Source: Candidatus Marinacidobacterales bacterium (GTDB lineage: Bacteria; Acidobacteriota; Vicinamibacteria; Marinacidobacterales; DATDRI01). From it: 64,000 nt of DNA. A program made the position numbers and the translations under genes. A model generated the notes under the pieces. It was not told the origin of the DNA. It worked only from the letters and a program-made list of their open reading frames with translations, and did no database searches. This document shows, piece after piece, positions 19,972 to 29,536 of this stretch; positions within the stretch are counted from its first letter, which is position 1, and every line of letters begins with the position of its first letter. The stretch spans positions 4,928,001 to 4,992,000 of the forward strand of contig OZ245365.1 in the NCBI GenBank assembly GCA_965226495.1, written 5' to 3'.

Positions 19972-20000
19972 ATCCTACTCTATTTTAAGGGCTTGGTCAA
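19972..20000 (-). promoter_or_regulatory. Sigma70-type promoter for rpsA
   Basis: Minus strand TTGACC-17 nt-TAGGAT, followed by a hairpin-rich leader and GGAGG SD. Confidence 0.6.
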
Positions 20001-20017
20001 GGCCTGGTCAGGGCCTG

Positions 20018-20710
20018 TTACGGCTGGTTCGGGTGTCGATCCGTAATCCGTGCTCGAGCCAAAAGTTCCAGCCGGTTGAGCGTCTCTTCGAGGCCCAGCC
20101 CGGTGGTATCGACTTCGATGGCGTCGGAGGCCCTCATTAGAGGCGCGTGTTGCCGGGCCTGATCGGCACGATCCCGCTCGCGGAGCTCCTCGCCGACCCT
20201 TTTCTCGGTGACCCCCGGCTCGTCGGCCCGCTCCCGGTACCGCCGGCCGGCCCGGACCGACTCCTCGGCCACCAGGAAGAACTTGACCCCGGCGTCTGGA
20301 AAAACCACCGTTCCGGTATCCCGGCCCTCCAAGACCACCCCTCCGTCCCTGCCGAGCCGCCTCCACAGCTCCATGAGGGGGCCCCGAACCTCGGGAAAAA
20401 CGGCGACCCGGGAGGCGCCCTCGGTGACATCGGTCGTCCGGATCTCCTCGCTGACGTCTTCGCCATCGAGGAAAATCCTCTCGTTATGATCCCCCCCGAA
20501 TCGTATTTGACTGTCTCTCGCGATCTTACCGAGGGACTGGGCATCCTCCAGACTGACTCCGAGCTCTCGCGCCTTTAACGCCACCGCCCGGAAGGTAGCG
20601 CCGGTGTCGAGATAGATATAGCCGAGGCGTTCCGCCAGGCCTCGAGCGGCGGTGGTCTTTCCCGCGCCCGCCGGGCCGTCGATGGTGATGATGAGGTCGC
20701 GTGGGGTCAT
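20018..20710 (-). CDS. cmk: Cytidylate kinase
   Basis: IDGPAGAGKTT, YLDTGA and EGRDTGTVVFP. Confidence 0.95.
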   Translation of the reverse strand: MTPRDLIITIDGPAGAGKTTAARGLAERLGYIYLDTGATFRAVALKARELGVSLEDAQSLGKIARDSQIRFGGDHNERIFLDGEDVSEEIRTTDVTEGASRVAVFPEVRGPLMELWRRLGRDGGVVLEGRDTGTVVFPDAGVKFFLVAEESVRAGRRYRERADEPGVTEKRVGEELRERDRADQARQHAPLMRASDAIEVDTTGLGLEETLNRLELLARARITDRHPNQP

Positions 20711-21789
20711 TTCTGCTTCGTGTTCGCGGGAGACTTCTTTTTATGTCTCGCCGCTCTTCGCGGCTCGACTTGCCGCTTCGCCGGCTTCGCGGCTGCGCGG
20801 CGGCTGAGGGCTCTCCCGGCCGGGCGGCGGGCGACTGCGCGTGGGCTCAAGGCTGCGCCTTTCTTGGCGCCGGTAGATGATTTTTTGCGGCCGCGTAAGG
20901 ACTTCGATCGATTGCCTGGGGCCCCACCCCCAGGCGCTCGCGGCTTCGCGGCTACGCGGCGGCTGAAGGCTCTCCCAGCGGGCTCCGGCGAGACACGGGA
21001 CGAGAGAAGGCCGGAAATCTCGCTCGGGGTCAGAGGCCGAAACGCTCCCGGAGGAAGGCCTCGATCGTCAAGGAAACCAACCTTCTCGCGGTGGAGCTCG
21101 ATAACCGGATGGCCGAGCGATTTGAATAGTCGCCAGATTTCCCGGTATCGCCCTTCTGTAAGAACGACGCGGAGCCGTGACTTTTGGACTTCTTTGATGT
21201 TCTTCTTTTCGCGCGCGCCCGACTTCACTTTTTTTGTAACCTTGCGAGGCTTGGTCCCGCGGCTTTTCCTGGGCCCGGGGAGCTTCCTGACCGAAGCGAC
21301 CCTGAGCCACTCACCCTCGACCCGGACGCCCGTGTTCGCACGCTCAAGGGTACCAACGCTCGGGCTCCCCCAGACGGTGACCGCGTACGTTTTGCTGAGA
21401 CCGTAGCGAGGATGAGCCACGCGTTGCGCGAAGTCCCCATCATCCGTGAGAAGCAACAACCCGGACGTACTCATGTCCAGCCGACCCACCGGGTATAGTG
21501 AGCGCAGCGAGATCGGCAGGAGCTGCATCACGGTCCGGCGACGACGTGGATCCGATCGCGTGGTCAAGTAACCGACCGGCTTGTTCAACAGTAGATATCG
21601 ACGGGGTCGCTCGGGTCGAACTCGCACACCGTCGACGCGAATGTCGTCTCGGGATGGATCTACCTTCCGGCCGGCTTGGGTCACCACCTCCCCGCCGACT
21701 TTCACCCGCCCCTCAGCGATCATTTTCTCGGCCTGGCGACGAGAGGCGAGCCCGGAACGGGCAATGGTTTTCTGAAGCCGTTCTTCCAT
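20707..21789 (-). CDS. rluB: rRNA pseudouridine synthase (RluB/RsuA family)
   Basis: S4 domain (ERLQK...SRR.AE), LNKP and VGRLD catalytic Asp; follows scpB; basic insert and tail. Confidence 0.88.
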   Translation of the reverse strand: MEERLQKTIARSGLASRRQAEKMIAEGRVKVGGEVVTQAGRKVDPSRDDIRVDGVRVRPERPRRYLLLNKPVGYLTTRSDPRRRRTVMQLLPISLRSLYPVGRLDMSTSGLLLLTDDGDFAQRVAHPRYGLSKTYAVTVWGSPSVGTLERANTGVRVEGEWLRVASVRKLPGPRKSRGTKPRKVTKKVKSGAREKKNIKEVQKSRLRVVLTEGRYREIWRLFKSLGHPVIELHREKVGFLDDRGLPPGAFRPLTPSEISGLLSSRVSPEPAGRAFSRRVAAKPRAPGGGAPGNRSKSLRGRKKSSTGAKKGAALSPRAVARRPAGRALSRRAAAKPAKRQVEPRRAARHKKKSPANTKQK

Positions 21790-21832
21790 GGTCGGGTGCT
21801 TGACTGAATGATCGTCGCGGGGCAGAACTGAT

Positions 21833-22570
21833 TCAGTTTCCCTGGGGGTTCTCGTTTTCTGCTTCTTCCTCTCGGGCCTCGCTGGGCTCCGAAGGTGCGA
21901 CCGGTTCGTGTTCTTGTCGAGTGCTGTCGAGCTCGACTGTCTCCTTCATCGCATCTCCAAGTTGGGAAGCAATTTCCTCGCCGAACACTTCCGCCATATC
22001 TTCCAGGTTCGGCAGATCATCTAGATTCTTCAGCCCGAAGCGGATTTGAAACTCTTTGGTCGTCCCATAGAGCAAAGGGCGTCCAACGACCTTCTTGCGA
22101 CCCAGGATCCGAACGAGCTTTTTTTCGAGCAGAGTGCGAACCACACCTGCGGAATGAAGGCCGCGCAGCGCCATAATCTCGGGAACGGTGATCGGCTGTC
22201 GGTACGCGATGACGGCAAGCGTCTCGAGAGCTTGTATCGATAGCCGCGAGGGAGGCTTGGATGAAAACAGCCGGCTTATCCTGTCGTGATACTCGGGGCG
22301 GGTCGTGATCTGGTATCCACCGGCCACCTGCGCTATCTGAAGCCCGCGGCCGGCGCCCTGGTATTGTTCGAGGAGCTCCTGCACCTGTTGCTTGATGCTC
22401 TCCCGCGAGGCATCCGGCAAGGCCTTGGCAAGGTCCTTTAAGGAAAGCGGCTCTTGGGCTGCATAGAGAAGCGCCTCGATGCTGGCTCTAACTTCTTCGG
22501 CTGGGAGCTCACTGGCCGAAGGCTCGACCGGCGCTTCTTCAGCGGGGGTAGGTTCAAGGTGTTCGGTCAC
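21833..22570 (-). CDS. scpB: SMC-Scp complex subunit ScpB
   Basis: IEALLY, ALETLAVIAYRQPIT and GRPLLYGTT. Confidence 0.95.
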   Translation of the reverse strand: MTEHLEPTPAEEAPVEPSASELPAEEVRASIEALLYAAQEPLSLKDLAKALPDASRESIKQQVQELLEQYQGAGRGLQIAQVAGGYQITTRPEYHDRISRLFSSKPPSRLSIQALETLAVIAYRQPITVPEIMALRGLHSAGVVRTLLEKKLVRILGRKKVVGRPLLYGTTKEFQIRFGLKNLDDLPNLEDMAEVFGEEIASQLGDAMKETVELDSTRQEHEPVAPSEPSEAREEEAENENPQGN

Positions 22571-23544
22571 TCTGTACGACTCCCGTCGGTAGTGTCGGGC
22601 GGGCGGTCACTAGGTTCAGGGGGCTCGACTTCCTCGACTTCCTTGACATCCTGAACTGGCTCGGCTCGATCGGCAGGCTCAAGAGATTCAGCGGTTTCCA
22701 CGGATTCTACTAGTTCTAGAGGCACAGTCGCCGGAGGGACCGTTTCGTCTGGCCGCGAGACGTGAATCGGCCCGAAGGCCTTGGTTTGAAAGACCCGAAA
22801 GACCCGCAGTCTGACCAGCTCCAGCACGGCAAGAAACGTCACGATGAGAAGCGCGCGGGTGGTGACATCTTCGAACAGCTGCTCGAACGAGATGCTCGTC
22901 CTCGGTGCGACTTTCGCGGTGAGGATCTGAATCATCTCCTCGACGGTGACCGTCTCCCGTTCGAACTTGATATCTTTGCGTCGACTGATGCGTTCGAGAA
23001 CCGAGCGAAAAGCGGTGAGCAACTCGTAGAGATCGACGTCGACGAGCTCCTCTTGAGCCTGGGCACCGGCTTCGAGAAGCGGGGCAACTGCCGTCTCGGA
23101 GCGAAGCCAAACGGCACTTTGCAAGGTCTGCCGCTCGTATAGCATTTGAGCGGCCTCCTTGTAGCGCTGGTACTCGAGAAGCCTTGCCACGAGCTCGTCT
23201 CGCGGGTCTCCCAGCTCGTCCTCGACTCCGTCTTCGTGCGGAGGAGGAAGAAGCATCTTGGACTTGATGTGGATCAAGGTGGCGGCCATGAACACGAAAT
23301 CCCCGGCGACGTTGACATTCAGCTCGTCCATGAGCTCCAAGGTGTCGAGATACTGCTGTGTGATGGAGGCGATAGGGATATCGTAGATATCGACTTCGTT
23401 CTTTCGGATCAAGTGCAGCAGTAGATCCAGGGGACCGTCGAAGGCCGAGAGCTTCACATGATAGCGAGGCTCTGCATTCTGACTCTCCTCGTCGGCGGGA
23501 GGGCCGAGATAAAGCTCGGCGGCATTAATAGACTCTTCGATCAT
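22567..23544 (-). CDS. scpA: Segregation and condensation protein A (kleisin)
   Basis: FDGPLDLLLHLI, DPRDELV and VTFLAVLEL. Confidence 0.95.
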   Translation of the reverse strand: MIEESINAAELYLGPPADEESQNAEPRYHVKLSAFDGPLDLLLHLIRKNEVDIYDIPIASITQQYLDTLELMDELNVNVAGDFVFMAATLIHIKSKMLLPPPHEDGVEDELGDPRDELVARLLEYQRYKEAAQMLYERQTLQSAVWLRSETAVAPLLEAGAQAQEELVDVDLYELLTAFRSVLERISRRKDIKFERETVTVEEMIQILTAKVAPRTSISFEQLFEDVTTRALLIVTFLAVLELVRLRVFRVFQTKAFGPIHVSRPDETVPPATVPLELVESVETAESLEPADRAEPVQDVKEVEEVEPPEPSDRPPDTTDGSRTE

Positions 23545-24527
23545 GGTAGTTTCACCGCGCTACGCACTTCTTTCATCGTCTCACGCGCCACCTTTCGCGC
23601 CTTCTCCGCTCCTTCATCCAGGATCTTCCAGATCTTATCGGGACTCGACTCGAGCTCCTTACGTTTCTCGAGGAACGGTTTCATGCGTGCCACCAAATGA
23701 TCGGCCAGCGCTCCCTTGCAGTCGATACAGCCGATGCCCGCCGTCTGGCACCCCTCGGCCGACCATGCTCTCGTCTTATCATCCGAAAAGACCTTATGCA
23801 GATCGAAGACCGGACAGATATCGGGGCTGCCCGGATCGGTGCGGCGTTTGCGCGCCGGATCGGTCATCATGGTACGAAGCTTCTCCCGAATCGTCGGCTC
23901 GTCGTCGGAGAGACCGATCATGTTGTTGTAGCTCTTCGACATCTTCCGCCCATCGGTTCCCGGAAGCTTCGGGGTCGGAGTCAGCTTGGTTTGCGGCTCC
24001 GGAAAGACCTGTCCATAGAGATTGTTGAAGCGGCGGGCTATCTCCCGGGTCAGCTCGACGTGCGCTTGTTGATCGGCTCCCACCGGGACGACTTCCGCCT
24101 TGTACATGAGAATGTCCGCGGTCTGTAAGACCGGATAGCCCAAGAACCCGTAGGTGTGCAGATCTTTGTCCCGGATCTGCTCCATCTGTTCCTTGTAGGT
24201 TGGGACGCGCTCGAGCCAGGGAAGAGGCACCACCATGGAGAGCAATACGTGCAGCTCGGCGTGCTCGGGTACGTGAGACTGGATGAAGAGCGCCGAGCGT
24301 TCGGGATCGAGCCCCGCACAAAGCCAATCCACCGCCACTTCCAACGTGTATTCTTTGATCCTGCTGGTGTCGGCGTAATCCGTCGTCAAGGCATGCCAGT
24401 CCACGATGCAATAGTACGTCTCGTACTCGTTCTGCATCGCCGCCCAGTTCTCGAGCGCCCCGACCAGGTGCCCGAGATGGAGCCCCCCGGTCGGTCTCAT
24501 TCCAGAAAGTACGCGCTTCCGGGTCAT
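23541..24527 (-). CDS. trpS: Tryptophan--tRNA ligase
   Basis: SGMRPTG.LHLGH, YPVLQTADIL and KMSKS. Confidence 0.96.
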   Translation of the reverse strand: MTRKRVLSGMRPTGGLHLGHLVGALENWAAMQNEYETYYCIVDWHALTTDYADTSRIKEYTLEVAVDWLCAGLDPERSALFIQSHVPEHAELHVLLSMVVPLPWLERVPTYKEQMEQIRDKDLHTYGFLGYPVLQTADILMYKAEVVPVGADQQAHVELTREIARRFNNLYGQVFPEPQTKLTPTPKLPGTDGRKMSKSYNNMIGLSDDEPTIREKLRTMMTDPARKRRTDPGSPDICPVFDLHKVFSDDKTRAWSAEGCQTAGIGCIDCKGALADHLVARMKPFLEKRKELESSPDKIWKILDEGAEKARKVARETMKEVRSAVKLP

Positions 24528-25180
24528 GCCATTCCTGCCTGGGCCAAACCGAGGAGAAAAGTAATGATGGGAAACGCAACAAAGCTAAGGACCACCCCGA
24601 TCGCACCGGTCACGATCAATCCGATAAGAATCAGATACCCGTAGGGCTCCATGTACTTGTCGTAAAGTTCGCCCCACTTTCGGGGAAGTCCCCAAGAAGC
24701 GATCCAAGAGCCGTCGAGTGGAGGCACCGGGATGAGGTTGAACACGCCCAAGATCACGTTCAGCCAGATCCCGATCCGGAGCATGAAGACCAATGGGTTG
24801 CTGTAGTCGAAGACGCGAATGGCGACCGCATAGGCCACGGTGAAGATCACCGCCAGCAGGAAGTTGCTGGTCGGACCCGCCCCGGAGGTCATGATCTGTC
24901 CCCAACGGAAGTCGCGGAAGTTGCGGGGCTGAACCGGCGTGGGCTTGGCCCAACCGAAAAGGAATCCCCCGGCAGGGGTGAAGAGCATAATCAAGGGCAG
25001 AAGAACGGTGCCGACGGGATCGATATGAACTACCGGGTTGAGCGAGATCCGACCTTCGCGCGACGCCGTATCGTCCCCCTGTTGGAGTGCCGTCCAGGCG
25101 TGGGCACTTTCATGGACGCTGAGAGAGAAAAGGAGGACGAGGTACTGGGTAATCTTCTCGAAAACAACTTCGGGCTCCAA
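24524..25180 (-). CDS. Site-2 protease (peptidase M50)
   Basis: HESAH, AGP and FNLIPVPPLDG. Confidence 0.92.
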   Translation of the reverse strand: MEPEVVFEKITQYLVLLFSLSVHESAHAWTALQQGDDTASREGRISLNPVVHIDPVGTVLLPLIMLFTPAGGFLFGWAKPTPVQPRNFRDFRWGQIMTSGAGPTSNFLLAVIFTVAYAVAIRVFDYSNPLVFMLRIGIWLNVILGVFNLIPVPPLDGSWIASWGLPRKWGELYDKYMEPYGYLILIGLIVTGAIGVVLSFVAFPIITFLLGLAQAGMA

Positions 25181-25231
25181 AGGGTTCCAATTCCTCCCGG
25201 GCGATTCCTCACACTCTGGGACGTCGGCGGC

Positions 25232-25260
25232 ATGCTAGCACAGCGGGATCTGGCGGTCAA
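25232..25260 (-). promoter_or_regulatory. Sigma70-type promoter for S2P-trpS-scpAB operon
   Basis: Minus strand TTGACC-17 nt-TAGCAT with extended -10 TG. Confidence 0.55.
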
Positions 25261-25305
25261 CTTCAGACAAATAAAGGATTTAGTCCCTCGAGATGGTCTC
25301 TTCGA

Positions 25306-25347
25306 CCGTTACTCCCTCTCCCTCTGGGAGAGGGCCGGGGTGAGGGT
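25306..25347. repeat. REP-like palindromic element, copy 1
   Basis: ccgttactCCCTCTCCCtctGGGAGAGGGccggggtgagggt; 40/42 identical to 60352-60393. Confidence 0.85.
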
Positions 25348-27156
25348 TCAGCCCATTTCGGCGAGATGCTGACGGACGCGCTCGGCCAAACGAGGGCCGA
25401 CGACGCCGGCGAGCTCCTCGACCGTCGCTTCTTTCACACGCTTGAGACTCTTGAAACGATCCATGAGGAGCTTCCTCTTGCGCGGCCCGATGCCTTGAAT
25501 GTCGTCCAATTTGGAGTGGAAGTCGCGTGCGGCTCTCCTTTGACGATGGAACGTGACCGCGAAGCGGTGCGCCTCGTCCCGGACCCGCTGTACCAGCTGC
25601 AGTGTGGGTGAACTCTTCGGAAGCACGATGGGCTCCGATCGACCGTTCTGGAAGAGCACTTCCTCTTTCTTGGCAATGCTTACCAACGGTAAGTGCGAAA
25701 GACCGAGCTCGGTAAGGGACGTGAGGGCCGCCGCGAGCTGACCCTTGCCACCGTCAATCAGTATCAAATCGGGCTGCTCGGCGCCTTCCTCGAGCACGCG
25801 ACGATAACGCCGCAAGACAACTTCCCGCATCGACGCAAAGTCGTCCGGTCCATCGGCAACGGTTTTGATCTTGTACTTGCGATGCTCGCTGCGCTTGGCC
25901 TGTCCATCTTCAAAGACCACCATCGAGGCCACGATGTCACTGCCTTGGATGTTAGAGACGTCGAAGCCTTCGATGCGGCGGGGCTCGTCGGGCAAGTCCA
26001 AGAGCTTGCGCAGAGCCTCGAGACGGGATGCAGCCTGGCGACCCTCCTCGTGATTGGCCAGCTCGAAGCCCAACCGGGCATTCCGACAGACCAAATCCAC
26101 CATGCGGCGCTTGCCGCCGCGGCGCGGCACTGCGATCTCTACCCGGCTTTCCCGTCGACTGGTAAGCCATTCCTGAACCAGCTCCCGCTCGGGAAAGTCG
26201 ATGGGCACATGAATCTCGGCGGGTAGATACCGCCCCAGCTCGTAATATTGTTTCAAGGACGCGCTCAGCACATCCGTGTCTTCCAGGGCTTCGAGCTTAT
26301 CCAAAACGAAACTGTCGCGATCGACGACCTTTCCCGAGCGCATCGAGAAAACCTGGAGCACCGCCTGGTCCCCTTCGCGGTAGTAGCCAAAGATATCCCT
26401 CTCCTCTCCGCGAACGGTCGCCATCTTTTGGCGGGTACTGAGATCCTCGAGAGTTCGCACCGTATCCCGCAACCGAGCCGCCTCTTCGAATCGCTCTTCC
26501 TCCGCGGCACGATGCATCTGTTTCTTGAGCGAAGAGACGAGGTCGTCGTTCTTCCCCTCCAGAAAAAGACGGGCGCTTGCCACCGTTTTCTTGTACTCCT
26601 CGAGGGTGGCGATGCTCTCGACGCAGGGCGCAACACATCGTTTGATCTGGTACTGGAGGCACGGGCGCGGACGGTGGCCGTCCAGCTTTTCGTTGCAGTT
26701 TCGGATGCCGAAGAGCCGATGCACTAGGTTCTGCGTCTTTCGCGCGAGACTCGCCGGAACATAGGGACCGGAGTAGACCTCGCCATCGGTTCCCGGCCGC
26801 CGGACGACGTATACCCGGGGGTAGTCCTCGCCAACCGTCAATTTTAGATAGGGGTGATTCTTGTCATCACGGAGGAGAACGTTGTATCGCGGCTTGTGGG
26901 ACTTGATGAGGCTGTTTTCGAGGACCAACGCCTCCCGCTCGGTGTCGGTGGCAACGACTTCGAGATCCCGGATGGACTCGATGAGTCGATCGAGACGGGG
27001 ACTATCGATGCGGGAGCCCTGGAAGTAAGAGCGAACCCGATCCTTCAACGAGCGAGCCTTGCCCACGTATAGGATCTGCCCGCCGCGACCGCGAAAGAGG
27101 TAGACGCCCGGTGTAGAAGGAAGCTCGGCCAGTTTTTGTGCTAGTACGTCGTTCAT
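25348..27156 (-). CDS. uvrC: Excinuclease ABC subunit C
   Basis: GIY-YIG (PGVY...YVGKA), UVR domain, FDVSN, IDGGKGQL, RDEAHRFA and HhH. Confidence 0.97.
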   Translation of the reverse strand: MNDVLAQKLAELPSTPGVYLFRGRGGQILYVGKARSLKDRVRSYFQGSRIDSPRLDRLIESIRDLEVVATDTEREALVLENSLIKSHKPRYNVLLRDDKNHPYLKLTVGEDYPRVYVVRRPGTDGEVYSGPYVPASLARKTQNLVHRLFGIRNCNEKLDGHRPRPCLQYQIKRCVAPCVESIATLEEYKKTVASARLFLEGKNDDLVSSLKKQMHRAAEEERFEEAARLRDTVRTLEDLSTRQKMATVRGEERDIFGYYREGDQAVLQVFSMRSGKVVDRDSFVLDKLEALEDTDVLSASLKQYYELGRYLPAEIHVPIDFPERELVQEWLTSRRESRVEIAVPRRGGKRRMVDLVCRNARLGFELANHEEGRQAASRLEALRKLLDLPDEPRRIEGFDVSNIQGSDIVASMVVFEDGQAKRSEHRKYKIKTVADGPDDFASMREVVLRRYRRVLEEGAEQPDLILIDGGKGQLAAALTSLTELGLSHLPLVSIAKKEEVLFQNGRSEPIVLPKSSPTLQLVQRVRDEAHRFAVTFHRQRRAARDFHSKLDDIQGIGPRKRKLLMDRFKSLKRVKEATVEELAGVVGPRLAERVRQHLAEMG

Positions 27157-27182
27157 AGATCGTTTGCCTATAGAATAGCCCA

Positions 27183-28616
27183 GTGCTCACCCGTTTGAGG
27201 ACCGTCGCCTCCCCCGTCGCCCTGTTGGTTCTGTCACTTCTGTCACTTCTGTCACTTCTGCTCGCGCCCGGCCCACGAGCCGAAGCTCAAGCACCAGACG
27301 AGATTCTAGTCCGCGGTGGATGGCTATTCGATGGGACCGGTGACACGGTCATTCCCAACCCCGGCATCTTGATCCGCGGGGGGAAATTTCTCCAGATCGG
27401 CGGCGACCTTCCGGTAGCCCCAACCGAGGTCATCGAGCTCGGCGAGAGCGAGTACATTCTTCCAGGGTTCTTCGATCTCCACGCACACTACGCGCTCGAC
27501 TTATTCGGTCGAGGGCGTGTCGATGACACGCGAGCCAACCCCGCGATATTCCTTGCCAATGGCGTGACCTCGACCTTCCCCGCCGGAGAGGTCAACCCTG
27601 AAAAGATGCGGGAGTTACGACTGCGCATCGATCGTGGCGAACAAGCTGGGCCTCGTCTCTTCAATTCCGGTCCGTACTTTGGATCTGCTCGCTACAACTG
27701 GGATGCCGAAATGACGCCGGAAGAGATCCGACGTGAAGTCGACCACTGGGCCGCCAAGGGCGCACGCGGTTTCAAGGCAAAGGGCATCTCCCCCGACCAC
27801 CTCCGTGCTCTGATCGATCAAGCACACCGACATGGGATGACGGTCACGGGCCACCTTGGATCCGGCTTTCGCGATAGCGTCAACCCTCGCGACGCCATCC
27901 TCATGGGCATCGACCGTATCGAGCATTTCTTGGGTGGGGATGCCATCACCGACGACAAACCCGCATACTCCTCGCTGGTCGACGTGAAAGCCGACAGTCC
28001 CGAGACCGAGTCCATCGTGCGGATGTACCTTCGGCACGGAGTTTTCTTCGATGCGACGATGGGACCGTACGCCTGCGTGGGTCGTGCCGACGACGAGGTC
28101 TGTGAGTTCTTTGTCGATGAGACCAAGTACCTCACCCCGTACATGCGTGAGGTCTTGAGCGAGAGAACCCCGGAGCAGATCCAAGAGTTCGCCCAGATCT
28201 ACCGCGTCAAGCAGGAAACGGTTCGCGCCTTCTATGACGCCGGGGGGTCCGAGCTCATCACCCTCGGAACCGACCGTCCGAGCCGCGGCCATTACCTCTC
28301 GGGCTTCTACGCCCACCGCGAGATGCACGCGTTGACCAGAGCGGGAATTCCCACCGCGGCCGTGCTCAGAATCGCGACCGCCAACGGCGCCCGCGCCCTC
28401 GGCGTCGGAAGTTACTTGGGGACGGTCGAGCCGGGTAAGCTCGCAGATCTGGTAGTGGTTAGAGGGAATCCCCTGAGCGATATTCGGAATACTCGAAACG
28501 TGCGGCTCGTCATCAAGGCCGGGACCCCCCATGACCCGGCGGAGCTTCTGGCATCGGTTGCGGGCACCATCGGCCCCACCGGCCCGGAGGACGTCCCGAG
28601 CTGGGTCCGGTGGTAG
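27183..28616 (+). CDS. Secreted amidohydrolase family protein
   Basis: Signal peptide, PGFFDLHAH, IEH, GTD and GKLADLVVV.GNPL. Confidence 0.88.
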   Translation: MLTRLRTVASPVALLVLSLLSLLSLLLAPGPRAEAQAPDEILVRGGWLFDGTGDTVIPNPGILIRGGKFLQIGGDLPVAPTEVIELGESEYILPGFFDLHAHYALDLFGRGRVDDTRANPAIFLANGVTSTFPAGEVNPEKMRELRLRIDRGEQAGPRLFNSGPYFGSARYNWDAEMTPEEIRREVDHWAAKGARGFKAKGISPDHLRALIDQAHRHGMTVTGHLGSGFRDSVNPRDAILMGIDRIEHFLGGDAITDDKPAYSSLVDVKADSPETESIVRMYLRHGVFFDATMGPYACVGRADDEVCEFFVDETKYLTPYMREVLSERTPEQIQEFAQIYRVKQETVRAFYDAGGSELITLGTDRPSRGHYLSGFYAHREMHALTRAGIPTAAVLRIATANGARALGVGSYLGTVEPGKLADLVVVRGNPLSDIRNTRNVRLVIKAGTPHDPAELLASVAGTIGPTGPEDVPSWVRW

Positions 28617-28664
28617 CCCCCCGGATGAGACTTGACCTGCGGCCCGATAACGACTAAAGAAACA

Positions 28665-28705
28665 GCACCGAGGGCGGAGGCACCGAGGGCGGAGGCATCG
28701 AGGCC
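28665..28705. repeat. 15-bp tandem repeat (gcaccgagggcggag, ~2.7 copies)
   Basis: Read directly in the intergenic region. Confidence 0.8.
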
Positions 28706-28813
28706 GCACTCACTGAGAAAGTGATTCTTCCGCGCACGACTCCTCCGGCTCGTCCTTTCCTTCGTCCTCGCCCTTGCTTTTGCCGTGCTGCCTACATTGG
28801 AAAGGAGTGTCTC

Positions 28814-29491
28814 ATGCGGACATTAACACTACTGGGATTGCTATCGGTCCTACTCGCGATCGGGATTGGCTGTGCCACGCCCGAGGAACGGATCGTTGAC
28901 TTCTACCTAACCGCGATCCGGGATGGCCAAGACGAAATGGTAGCCGGAGTCTCCTTGGTCAGTTTTCCTGAAGGGGACATCCAGTCTTGGGAGATCGTCG
29001 AGATCGGCCCGGAGTCAACCGAGCCCTACCAGCTGATCGAAATCCGGGATGCACATTTCGACGCGAAGGCGGCCTACGACGCAAAGACCGTGGAGAACGA
29101 CGAGTTTCTGCGGGCCAACGAGCGCAACGCTCTCCGCTATCAGCAGAAGATGAAAGACGAGCCAGACTACAAATACACCAGCGGTGTCCTGGCTGAATTC
29201 CAAGAGGTATGGGAAGAAAAAATCGAGACCCAAAAGGAGCTTCAGAACAAAGTAAAGGAGGCTGAAGAGGCTCTGGAGCGGGAAAGAAACAGCATCCGCA
29301 TGTCGGCCAGTATCCCACTCAAGAACTCCTTCAGAGGTGACGTAGCGGTCAAGAAGGCCAAGGTCAACGTGAACGGCGCGTCCGGCGCAAAGACCTACAC
29401 GCTAGTCTTGCGCAAGTACAATATCGTGGATTCCGACACCGGGCTCAGCCCCACCGCAAAGTGGATCCTCACCGACATCGAAGAAAGCTAG
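28814..29491 (+). CDS. Hypothetical lipoprotein with coiled-coil insert
   Basis: AAGGAG SD before ATG 28814; lipobox-like IGIGC. Confidence 0.75.
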   Translation: MRTLTLLGLLSVLLAIGIGCATPEERIVDFYLTAIRDGQDEMVAGVSLVSFPEGDIQSWEIVEIGPESTEPYQLIEIRDAHFDAKAAYDAKTVENDEFLRANERNALRYQQKMKDEPDYKYTSGVLAEFQEVWEEKIETQKELQNKVKEAEEALERERNSIRMSASIPLKNSFRGDVAVKKAKVNVNGASGAKTYTLVLRKYNIVDSDTGLSPTAKWILTDIEES

Positions 29492-29536
29492 CCGTCAACC
29501 GATTGCTAACGTCGGGCATCAACAGACCCGCGGCGT

